Translations under genes and position numbers: made by a program
The notes under the pieces: model-generated
The model's database searches: none
Seen by the model: only the letters and a program-made list of their open reading frames with translations
Told to the model about the DNA's origin: nothing
Source: Octopus bimaculoides
Taxonomy: Eukaryota
NCBI RefSeq assembly: GCF_001194135.2
Contig: NC_068982.1
Location: forward strand, 145,283,268-145,347,267
Length of the DNA: 64,000 bases
Reading direction: 5' to 3'
Shown here: positions 12,828 to 24,302 of the stretch, one piece after another
Layout: each line of letters begins with the position of its first letter
Position numbering within the stretch: position 1 is the stretch's first letter

Positions 12828-13874
12828 GTGAGTGAGAGAGCAGTGCATGTAATCGAAGTGACACTGGGGTATTGATATATGAAGTCCAAAATACCCATCA
12901 TGTCTACCCGTCTGATGAGAGTACTCGAAACACATGCATCACAACCATGTGTGCACGACATGATGACCTTAAATCAAAATAAATCGCTCTCTTTATTATA
13001 TAAAAAAATTACCTATTTTATTAGACCGATTATATTTTTGTCATGCAGTCTATATAAAATTTAAGAAAAAAGAAAATGACTTGAAAACTTTCTAGCTAGG
13101 CACCTCGAAGTAAGAAAATTGCAGGATCAAGAAAGTTAGCACACAATATATGCTCTTTCAACGGTGCAGGATTCCAGTAGCACACAAAACATAAATTAGA
13201 AGAGACTTTACACGAAATGTGGAACGAAATTACCGCGACTGACTGCAGTATGACTTACGGAGTTGCAGACTGTAATAGTGAAACACACCATCATCCATAC
13301 ACGTGAACCCCAATATCTGGGGTAGAGAATTATACAGGTGAGATTTGGCGCATTTGTATCGATGCTGATCAGTAGCTTATTGTCAGCTTTATATCTCAGT
13401 ATAAGTGGATGATCAACGCAGAAGCGACGAAAGGTGACGTGTAGTCGTGAGAATGTAGGATGGACTTGAAAATCCTAATGAAGCCTTAAAATTACCAAGC
13501 CAAAACAGTGTAACCGATTGCCACGAAGGGTGTGTGAGAGGGAGAGAGAACGAGAGTGAGTGAGTGAGTGAGTGGGAGANNNNNNNNNNNNNNNNNNNNN
13601 NNNNNNNNNNNNNNNNNNNNNNNNNNNNNNNNNNNNNNNNNNNNNNNNNNNNNNNNNNNNNNNNNNNNNNNNNNNNNNNNNNNNNNNNNNNNNNNNNNNN
13701 NNNNNNNNNNNNNNNNNNNNNNNNNNNNNNNNNNNNNNNNNNNNNNNNNNNNNNNNNNNNNNNNNNNNNNNNNNNNNNNNNNNNNNNNNNNNNNNNNNNN
13801 NNNNNNNNNNNNNNNNNNNNNNNNNNNNNNNNNNNNAAAACATACAGAAAACAATTTCACAGCTGAACATATAC

Positions 13875-14379
13875 TTTCTTACTCTTTTACTTGTTTCAGT
13901 CATTTGCCTGCGACCATGCTGGAGCACTGCCTTTAGTCGAACAAATCGACACGAGGACTTATTCTTTGTAAGCCTAGTACTTATTCTGTTCTATCGTTCC
14001 CTTTTGCCGAACCGCTAAGTTACGGGGACGTAAACACACCAACATCAGTTGTCAAGCGATGGTGGGGGGACGAACACAGACACACAAACACACACACACA
14101 TATATATAAGACGGGCTTCTTTCAGTTTCTGTCTACCAAATCCACTCATAAGGATTTGGTCGGCCCGAGGCTATAGTAGAAGACACTTGCCCAAGATGCC
14201 ACCCAGTGGGACTGAACTCGGAACTATATGGTTGGTAAGCAAGCTACTTTATTTCATAAATATTTCCCATAAAGACATTACAAACAGGGGACGAACAGGG
14301 ACAGACAAACATAAAAGGGGTGAAGTAGCTGTATCGATTAAATAAGCAAGCTACTTACCACAGTGCTACGCCTGCACCT
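13875..14379 (-). mobile_element. Family B tRNA-headed SINE with a CORE-like segment, interrupted by an insertion
   Basis: Head revcomp aggtgcaggcgtagcactgtggtaagtagcttgctta...gagttcagtcccactgg. CORE-like ggcatcttgggcaagtgtct (compare MIR gtgaccttgggcaagt). Internal (CA)n and a tail ending ttttacttgtttcagtcatt. Confidence 0.85.
14250..14342 (-). mobile_element. 93-bp 5'-truncated tail of the family A alternative-tail subfamily, inserted in family B with a 14-bp TSD
   Basis: TAAGCAAGCTACTT occurs at 14236-14249 and 14343-14356. The insert resembles 62470-62530 (ggggac.aaca.ggacagacaaa). Confidence 0.85.
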
Positions 14380-15202
14380 ATGTGCAGTGTGTTACAATGT
14401 CTCAATTATTTCGATCATATTTTTTTATTAAGTTAAACTTAGTGATGAGCAAAACAACTTGCGAGATCATAATTTTCATTTGCATATTTATTATATATGT
14501 AGTCGTTTAAAGATCATTTATAATGTGCTGGTAAAGACGAAACCCGTGTGTATACTGAAAATGGTTAGAAAGTTATTGTTTTAATATTTCATTATGCATA
14601 TGAATGGAATCGACCGGCGGCTGTCTTATGCAGTGAATAAAAACAATGTTTACATTAAAACGTCTAATGGTTATAAATATTTTCCTTTTTTTTATTGCTT
14701 CCTCAATAGAGATTAGCGCCCAGCTGTGACACACGTGTTTGTGTTAACTATGGAAATAAGAATTAAAAACAAAAGTAGACATAGAAGAATAAAAAGAAAA
14801 AATTTCGACAAAAAGAAAAGAATGCAAAACAGCGACGTGAAACAAGAAGAAATATAAATCACTATAGAGTCAAAATAAATTCGGTAATTAGGGTATTTTA
14901 TATGTACTTGGTTGAACTCAAATCTGAGCGAACATATGGCATTTGTTTGTTTCTACTTTTCTTTCCCGTTTTTAGTACCTTTATTTATGCTTTAGATGAT
15001 TCATCTTAATACCTTAATCTCAGTGTGTCTGTCTTATCTAGCTGTTGAAAATCAGATTAAGATAATATTTACAGAGTATAGTGTCTTTTGCATGATTTTC
15101 TTTTTCGATTGACATTTTGGCAATTTAGGTTTATATATGTGCTTAATTCAGGAATGTACTTTACACTTTCATATAGTTTTCTTTCTTCCGTTTATATTAC
15201 CA

Positions 15203-15243
<41 letters not shown>

Positions 15244-15958
15244 NNNNNNNNNNNNNNNNNNNNNNNNNNNNNNNNNNNNNNNNNNNNNNNNNNNNNNNNN
15301 NNNNNNNNNNNNNNNNNNNNNNNNNNNNNNNNNNNNNNNNNNNNNNNNNNNNNNNNNNNNNNNNNNNNNNNNNNNNNNNNNNNNNNNNNNNNNNNNNNNN
15401 NNNNNNNNNNNNNNNNNNNNNNNNNNNNNNNNNNNNNNNNNNNNNNNNNNNNNNNNNNNNNNNNNNNNNNNNNNNNNNNNNNNNNNNNNNNNNNNNNNNN
15501 NNNNNNNNNNNNNNNNNNNNNNNNNNNNNNNNNNNNNNNNNNNNNNNNNNNNNNNNNNNNNNNNNNNNNNNNNNNNNNNNNNNNNNNNNNNNNNNNNNNN
15601 NNNNNNNNNNNNNNNNNNNNNNNNNNNNNNNNNNNNNNNNNNNNNNNNNNNNNNNNNNNNNNNNNNNNNNNNNNNNNNNNNNNNNNNNNNNNNNNNNNNN
15701 NNNNNNNNNNNNNNNNNNNNNNNNNNNNNNNNNNNNNNNNTTAACGTCTTCCTCACGTGGTATTGATGTTCACATGGTCAAAATTAACGTGAGTTATTTA
15801 GACATTAACAAATTTATTAGAATATTTAGCTGAAGATCAGAATAGAGTATTTTACTCTTAACTGTGAAACAATTGTACTAAATTAACTAAAGGCAAGTGT
15901 TTTTTACTCTTCTCTACTGTTTTTTGTTCTGTGTGTATCAAAAATATCGCTATCAATC

Positions 15959-16088
15959 TGGTTATGTTTAAGAATCAACCTTATGTTCCATTACCCTGTG
16001 CTAGATAAATTAAGTATAAGTTATTTGAAGTAAAATCCAGTTGATTATACTCCTCACGTCTCCACAGAGATATTGATCTTTATGTCAA
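15959..16088 (+). repeat. 130-bp exact direct repeat, copy 1
   Basis: By eye it is identical to 17802-17931 (tggttatgtttaagaatcaacc...gatctttatgtcaa). Confidence 0.92.
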
Positions 16089-17801
16089 CCCCTATATTTA
16101 TATATATATATATGAAGATTTAGTGTACTGGTTATTTATTGCAGTAGGTAATAAATCTCTGAACTCGGTAGACAGTAAATATTATTTAAAAATATGTATC
16201 AAACACACATCTTTGTAATAGAATTATGGAAACTATGGCGTAACAGTGCCATCGGTGATAACGCTTCCTGATGAAGATCATCCATCGAACGTCCTACGTT
16301 TCCTTTTCTTCCTCACTGCAAACTAATTTATTCCAATGTTGACTTGTTAGTTACCGGACTTCCATTACATTTTAGCTGAAAATTCGGTAGATGGCATCTT
16401 GTCCTCACCACAGCATTACATACTTCTGTAGCTCTCAGTTTATTTCGTTAGCAATAAGAAACTGGCGAGCACTCCGAAAGCTCTCGTGGTTGCTTCAATT
16501 CTGAACTGAGTGTATCTTGCAGTGGGGTTGAGTTCGTTCACGAAACCGACTCAGCCAGTCTGTAGACGATGTATTCAGCAGTTGAACCACGGCAATCCAA
16601 ATATTTTTTTAATGCTTTAGTGAAAGGTGAAAGGAGAGCCCCCATAACTTTGTAGTCTTTGTGACTGGTGAGTGGAGAGTATAGTATCCTTAGACTAGAA
16701 ACCTGTCCCAAATATTTGTATTGGAGTAGTTACTGAAAGCACCTCACTGTGGACCAGGTCATGATGTTAAAAAAGTGACGGATTATGTTTATAACAAAAT
16801 CTACAAAGCTCATTGCTGACATAGATCATAAGTTTATTGTATTGTTGCAACAATATATATTGATATGCATGCATTTTATCAGAATAATCTGACTGTACTG
16901 GAGTGGGGCAAGCGAAGTGCTTATATTTCCGTTCGTAAGTACGAAGATGGTAATAAATTCATGACTCAGTGGTACAATTCTACTTATAAAATACTTGGTA
17001 TTAGAAAATAAGACGGCACTGTTTTATAACTTCTTGGAGGAAGAGACGCTTACAAATATTTAAGCATCTATCCAACATCTAAAGTACCAGGCAATGATTC
17101 AAAATAAAAAATGGATAATAAAATGTTTTTGAAGCAGGACAACTAAATATCAGATCCTTGTCGAATAAAGTTAAGTGTTTTTGTTGTTGGTGATAGGCAG
17201 CAGACTTAATTCGTTGATGTACTTAACGCCAACTTATGGTCTGAACGTGCTTTTATCCGATTCTACTCTGCTGCAAGGATTCAGGCCAGGTCTCCTGACG
17301 GGAGATAACTTCTTTCTCACCCCAGTGTTGGGCACCTCGTAAAAGGTTGCTGCCCTCCCTCCTCAGTCTAAGATATAAACATTGACCAGATGTATGCAAT
17401 AAGGCTTCATTTTAATCTGAAGTTATTTCACATTGACTCATCTAATAATTTGAAAAGGGAACAAAGGACAACTAAAACTCGCTATCGTAGGTATGATTAT
17501 TCAATTCAAGTTTCTTATCATCTTTAGTCGATCTGTTTGTAGTCATATTCTTCTTATATTTTGGACTGAAAATATATGATCATAGTCTTAAAAGGTGTTG
17601 GTTTAATTTTTGAAATACCTTTAGTCTAAGTTTAGAAGATCTATCATCAGTACCGTGTCACAGAGGCCAAACATTTTAAAGTAATTAAGTTAGTGTTCGA
17701 TAACTTACTGAATGGTATCAGCGTTAAGAAGAAAGTAATGATAGCGTCTGTAAACACCAATCTACTTGAATTTAAAAAACAAATTACAGATAATATCTGT
17801 G

Positions 17802-17931
17802 TGGTTATGTTTAAGAATCAACCTTATGTTCCATTACCCTGTGCTAGATAAATTAAGTATAAGTTATTTGAAGTAAAATCCAGTTGATTATACTCCTCAC
17901 GTCTCCACAGAGATATTGATCTTTATGTCAA
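17802..17931 (+). repeat. 130-bp exact direct repeat, copy 2
   Basis: By eye it is identical to 15959-16088. Confidence 0.92.
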
Positions 17932-19140
17932 ATGGGCAGGAAAGAAAAGAAAAAGAATTATTTATGACAGAAGCCTAGAAACTTTTAGAAAAATGTTTAT
18001 TTTTGTGGGAGAGGTTATATATATAAAGGAATGATTTGCTTGCACGGAGCTCATACCAGAATTTCTTAGCAACAACGTTTCGATTTTCAATTGAGGTCCT
18101 TTAAGTTCATTTACACTTGAAGAATATACTTGAAAAATTGGAGCATCACAACTCAAAATTGTTTTCCCCAATATATCTAAGTTATCGTATTTCAAAATCA
18201 ATATTTCATTTAATGCTATTTCTTTCTGTTTTTATGTTGGTGTGTACGTGTCCATTTAAGCAGCAAATCGAGGTAACCGATTGAGGAGGCGGAAGAATAT
18301 TAATGTCCCTGATTCTTCAAGTTTTCGGGAGAACTGGTATTATGTGGAAAGTATATTCGCTAATCTATTGCAGACATGTCATGCGATAATTGTAGTTACG
18401 TAAGTGGTAGAGCACCAAACTAAATCTCTTACAGTATTTAGTTTCATTTCTCGACATTCTAATTTCAAATCCAACGAGTTAACTTAGATATATTGGGGGA
18501 AAATGGCTTTGTATTTCACGCCCACTGCAGTTGATAAATAGAGTACCTATTGGTCACTGTCATTATCGCGTAGCCTTCATTGAACAGACATATGGGGAAA
18601 GCCATTCTAGATATGAAACTCTCGTCTTGTCTTTATGACATAGAGTCTCTGAAATGCATAATGCTATGCATTCTGTTCATTTTAAGTAGAAAGGGTACAA
18701 TCTGTTGGAAATTACGCTGAAAAATGTTGCAAGTATCGTGACCAAGTAGAAGATCCTAGTTCGCTCCTATAAGCAACAATAATATATCGAAGTAGTTTTG
18801 TTGATGATACTTCTCACATTTCAGCAGTAAGTATGTGGTATGTGCCAAAGTAAAATAGAGAGTCACAAACAGTGCAACCCCCCCCCCCCAAAAAAAAACA
18901 AACAAACAAAAAAACAAAGAAAAAATCTGCTAGTGTTAAGGACATACGTATCCCGATGAATGCAGTTATATTGCATGTTTGACAATAACCGCAAGGAAAA
19001 ACAGAACAAAACAAAAACAATTCGTTAAGTAGCAACTATTGTGTTTAGATTTACTTCATTCTTTATTATGTTATATTGTGTTCTCTAATTAACTTAATGC
19101 TTACGAAAAAAAAATTCTGTCAGAGACTCCACCAAATGAC

Positions 19141-19171
<31 letters not shown>

Positions 19172-19433
19172 CATGCAGATGTGTGGTAAATTAAACAAAC
19201 AGTCAGAAAGCAAGTACTTTCGCATGGCATATTATTTCAATTTGCTTTCTTGGTGATGTCACCTTATTTTTCCCGAGCAATATTTTTTCTTGCTCTTAAC
19301 GATGCTCTCATGAAACAGCCTTAAACGAACAAAGCTTCTATTACATAAGTTAATTTAGCAAAGAAAATTTGCATTTTCCTTTATATATGTAAGTTTCAAC
19401 ATAAAACATTTCATATCTGACATATGTTGTTTG

Positions 19434-19506
<73 letters not shown>

Positions 19507-19920
19507 AAACATGCAAACATACGTTTGTATGCGTATGTATATGCATATAAGACGCACATTTACCAACCCATATATATATATATATATACATATTAATAAT
19601 AATAAAGGAGTTACGACGCAAAAACGTATAAATTCAAATGAACATATTTATCTTCTTCAATATATATTTCNNNNNNNNNNAAAAAAAAAAAAAAAAAAAA
19701 AAAAAATATATATATGCTTATACGCATTCATATTCATATGTATGCATATGCACGCATATGTACATTCATATATACCTACATATATATTTCTCTTTCTGTC
19801 TCTGTCTCTTTGTCTCACTCTCTCTCTCCGCACATATATATATACACATATATACATAGGTTTTTCGTGATACATATATAGTGTATGGTACCAGAATTTC
19901 CCCATTTCAGTCAAATATAA

Positions 19921-20237
19921 CAGGTCTGCGTAATATATAATAGGAAATGCATTCATTACGTAAATCGTTCCTCAGTTAAAAACATTTCAAAATATAAAAC
20001 AGTTGATGGAAAGAATTCAATAAATATGGTCAGAACCATAAATCGGCTACTAAGTTGGGAGGATAAATATATAGAGGGAGATAAAAGGGAGATAAAAATA
20101 CAGAAAGAGAGGGACGATGGCTTACAGCTCTGATCATATATATTGAAATATTTCCATCAACTGATATTTTGAAATGTTTTAACTGAGAAAGTACTAACAT
20201 AATAGATGCATTTCCTATTACATATTATACAGACCTG
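19921..20237. repeat. Diverged inverted repeat (about 115-bp arms, about 87-bp spacer), probable old MITE
   Basis: 19921-20037 (caggtctgcgtaatatataataggaaatgca...cagttgatggaaag) matches the reverse complement of 20125-20237. No clear TSD. Confidence 0.75.
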
Positions 20238-20409
20238 AAATGTACGTATCAAATGATTTCAATATATTATTATTTCGTTTGACGTCTATATTACTACGAA
20301 GGGACTTGGAAGCCGACAAGGAGCATGGCCAGTGAGAGTGTGTGTTTAAGTATACCAGATAGATCAGTGCGTGGACGTAGTTGTCTGATGTCTATGTCTG
20401 AGCGTACGT

Positions 20410-20485
<76 letters not shown>

Positions 20486-20797
20486 TGTGTGCGTGCGCGT
20501 GTGTGAAAGGGTGTGCGTGTGTGTAAGCTGACAAGTGAAGGTTGGCATGTTAGAAGTTCACCAGGAGGGTGTATCTCTGATGGTAGCAATACGATAGTTC
20601 GTATTGTTGATGCGGATATGTGTTTTTTGTAGGGTGTGTGTATGTATTGGTGCGAATGCGTATTAGCTGTGAGTACTCTCGTGGACAAATGCGTAGGTGT
20701 ATGTGTCAGTTGCATGTGTGTTATTCGTTGTCTGAGTGTGCGCGTGTGTGCGCATTATGTGCGTGCGAATACGTGTCCTTTAGTGTTTTAAATTTTA

Positions 20798-20871
20798 AAT
20801 AGTATTTAAAATTAGTCATTGTAAATTCTAAATTCTATTGGAATTTACAATGACCAATTTTAAATACTATT
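20798..20871. repeat. 31-bp inverted repeat with one mismatch and a 12-nt loop
   Basis: aatagtatttaaaattagtcattgtaaattc (20798-20828) versus gaatttacaatgaccaattttaaatactatt (20841-20871). Confidence 0.85.
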
Positions 20872-21039
20872 GGAATTTACTCACAAGGTATTGGAATCTT
20901 ATGTGTATACCATTCTGCCTAAATAATGGATCTACAAATGCAATATTCCTGCATATCTCACATCTATTTTCATTCCTCCACTTCACTCCCTATTTCCTAT
21001 CTTATCTAATTTAACTATTGCTTAACCATTTTCTCACAC

Positions 21040-21089
21040 CGTCTCCGATGAAGGGATATAATAAATATCTTGGAAACAGCTGTAAGACG
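21040..21089 (+). ncRNA. Type I hammerhead-ribozyme-like motif of Penelope/retrozyme type
   Basis: Stem I is CGUCU/AGACG. The core is CCGAUGA (U4C variant). Stem II is AGGGAUAU-aauaa-AUAUCUUG, followed by GAAA. Stem III is the palindrome ACAGCUGU, and the cleavage triplet is GUA (21082-21084). Confidence 0.6.
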
Positions 21090-21412
21090 TTCTATATATA
21101 AATATTCTAAAATCTTCACAGCCTTGGTTTTTTTTTTTATCTCATTCTGAAAACTTTCTTTTTATATATATACACATGCTGATATATAATCTACGTTGGA
21201 CTCCTTATTCGCATAATCACAGAGTCTGGAGCTTAACTACGGTCTATCCATACCACTTACTCAGCGTTATCTGACACTTTTGGGTCTTATTGACACTATT
21301 ACCTCTCATAACATCTGTCTGCCTGACTGTCTGTCTGTCTGTCTGTCTCTGTCTCTCTCTCAGTCTGTCTCTCTCTCTCTCTCTCTCCCTCCCTCTCTCT
21401 CTCTCTCTCTCT

Positions 21413-21490
<78 letters not shown>

Positions 21491-22498
21491 ATATATAGTT
21501 TATTTCTTCAGGATGGTTATGAAGTGCTCTCTCCTGCCTGGCTGATTACTCTACCTTAACGTATTTCAAGCGGTCCATTGTCTCCATTTCGATCTTTATT
21601 TCAAGCTGCACTTTTAATTAACAAACTGATGATTTGTTGGAGACTGGTTCAATTGTAACACAATGCTGATGGCTGTCCGATTATATTAGAAAATATTTAA
21701 ATTTCATTTTTAAAGTCTCAGGTGAGACTTTGCTCACGTTTTGTAAAACTTTTAATTTTATAGCTATCGCTATACTGTAAGCCAAGGTGAGAAGTTGAGG
21801 AATTAGCATTAAGATCTGAAAGAACCACACGTTTGTCTTGGGTTTTTACTCTTGTATGCCAAAATCTGTGAGATATTCTAGAATGTCCCACATAAATATT
21901 GCAAAATATGAAAAAATTCACGTACGTAAATACTTTTTCAAAATATAAGATATGAATTTACACTCACACACATACAAACACACACACGCGCGCGCACACA
22001 CGCACGCACGCACACACACACACACACACGAACGCACAGACACACACGCATGTGTGTGTGTGTGTATAATTACTTTATCTGTATACCCATATAATGCATA
22101 AAATATATGATATCGTCTACTTATGATATTACGTACAAGCATGCACTCATGCACACACATATATGTTTATAATCTAAAAATATGCAATGTATGTTATATA
22201 TATATTTATAAACTATAATGTATATTATACATATTAATATTTATGAATTATAATGAATAATATATATGGATATAAATATATATATATATATATANNNNNN
22301 NNNNNNNNNNNNNNNNNNNNNNNNNNNNNNNNNNNNNNNNNNNNNNNNNNNNNNNNNNNNNNNNNNNNNTATATATATGTACACACATGTATATAATTGA
22401 TTGATCTGTCTTTCTATCTGTCTGTTTGTGCCTGCCTCGCTAGCTGGCTGGCTGCCTGCCAATCCATCCAACCCATCCGTCCGTCCTTTCACCCGTTC

Positions 22499-22590
<92 letters not shown>

Positions 22591-23704
22591 CTATCTATCA
22601 ATATCTCCCGGATATTTCGACTGAAGTTTCCTTCAATAAAAGAGGTCGGTCGACCATCGCCACCACTATATGCATCATCGCTAGTTTCTAGAGAGACATA
22701 TTGCTATAAAAATGATAGAGGTGAGAGACAGCGAAAAATCAGAGTAAGGTAGTAAAAGAAAACAAAACCTGGAAAAGATTAATAAAAAAATGAAAAAGAA
22801 ACGAAAAGTGAACGAGATATTGGAATATGAATTGAATATAGGCGGATATATGAAATAAGAAAGAGAGAGAGAGAAAGCTATGAAATTACACAAGGTGAAA
22901 TTTAGAGAAACGAAAAGGCTAGAAAATAAGAAGGGATTGATGTGATGTCAGGAATGTTAGGTAAAAGAATGAGAGAGAAGAAGGATAGAGAATTCGAAGT
23001 TAAAAAAAATATGTAGAGAGTTAGAAGAGATGAAAAGTGGATAGACGTGTAACATGATAACGGTGATAAACTATGGAGTGTTGGTAGGAAAGGGGCGAGT
23101 GGCATTGAGGAGAAATCATTGGAAGATATAATGTGAGTGAGTGGGAGTTGGACGGCGAAACATAGAACAGAAAAGAAAAGAAAAGGTGACAGGACGATAG
23201 GAATGTAGTCTGCGTGTTGAAGAAAAACAGTTATAGGAAGAGGTGAGCGCATAATTTTAGAATTTGCCCATATTGGTATAAAATGTGGGAAGAAAGTAAT
23301 AAATGTTGAAAGAATATTTGAAAAGATCTGCAAGTGATATAGAAATAGTTAATCGATCATGACAATTAAAATCATTTTAAACGGCCAAACAGAATCAAAA
23401 TTAAAATAATTTAGCGTTGTTTAGAATAATTATAGTAATGTTAGTTTTTTAAAATATCTAATTTAAACTGAGTATAATTTAATATAGAAGATATGATATA
23501 CGTTTAAATTGAGTGAAAGAGATTCTTTGGAAGTGATAGAAACAAAAATTAGGGTAGGACGGTAGAGATAAAGATGAAGGAGGAGGGATACGGAAACAGT
23601 TTGTGTTGGAAAACCGGTGGAGTGGAGGCAGAAGGGAAGAGATGGCTGGATAATATAGAAAGTCAGGAATTAAGCACAAATATCTAAATAGTCCTTTCTA
23701 TTAT

Positions 23705-23902
23705 AAGTACAAGGCCTGTAATTAGTGAGGAGGGCAATAATTGATTACATCGATCCAGTACTTGACTGGTATGTAACTTATCGACCTCGAAAGGAGGAAA
23801 GGCAAAGTCGACCTCGGCGAAATTTGAACATAGTACATAAAGTCGGATGAAATGCCGTTAAGTATTTTGCCCGGCGTGCTAACGGTTCTAACTCGCCACC
23901 TT
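23705..23902 (-). mobile_element. Family A SINE
   Basis: gaaaggcaaagtcgacctcggcgaaatttgaac...cccggcgtgctaacg...ctcgccacctt is the reverse complement of the family A head and body. Confidence 0.88.
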
Positions 23903-24137
23903 ACAAACATCAACATAATGATAAATCGTGATGAATCGTAAATGATGACGTACGTATTCATTGTCAATACGTTCCTGCTGATTCAAACCTGTACGTACTA
24001 ATCGATGCTGTGTTTTGTGTTTGGAGAACAAGTTCCCCTTTCAGACTAACGTGTGTTCATAATACATACCATTCATTACGGGTGAGCAGACTTTGAGTCA
24101 TCCGGAGTTTCGACATCGTTGTGTATTTCACTTGAAC

Positions 24138-24302
24138 GCCAGCCTTGTCACTTCTATGTCATGCTAAATCTCCCTCAGAACTGCGCAGAGGGGAAGCGTG
24201 TCTATAGAGTGCTCAGCCACTTGCATATTAATTTTCCGAGCAGGCTGTTCCGTTGGTCGAATGAAATGGAATCCTCGTCGTCGTAAGAGACGGAGAACCA
24301 AA
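24138..24302 (+). mobile_element. Family D SINE 3' half
   Basis: ccagccttgtcac...gtgctcagccacttgca...gagcaggctgttcc.ttg.tc...ggaa.cctcg.cgtcgtaag.gacggag matches 30577-30763. Confidence 0.82.

Noticed and set aside
16272-16300. CUGAUGA-A-GAU-caucc-AUC-GAACGUC hammerhead-like string
   Set aside because: One conserved A of GAAA is missing and there is no stem I pairing.
16250-16760. Possible decayed LINE RT (YKYLGQV and RIEATTRAFGVL on the minus strand)
   Set aside because: The motifs are in different frames and about 80 codons apart, much further than in RTE-type RTs. This is too weak to call without a search.
22900-23340. 143-aa hydrophobic minus ORF (and similar 55058-55327)
   Set aside because: It is low-complexity GA/CT-rich sequence giving F/L/S/P-biased translations.
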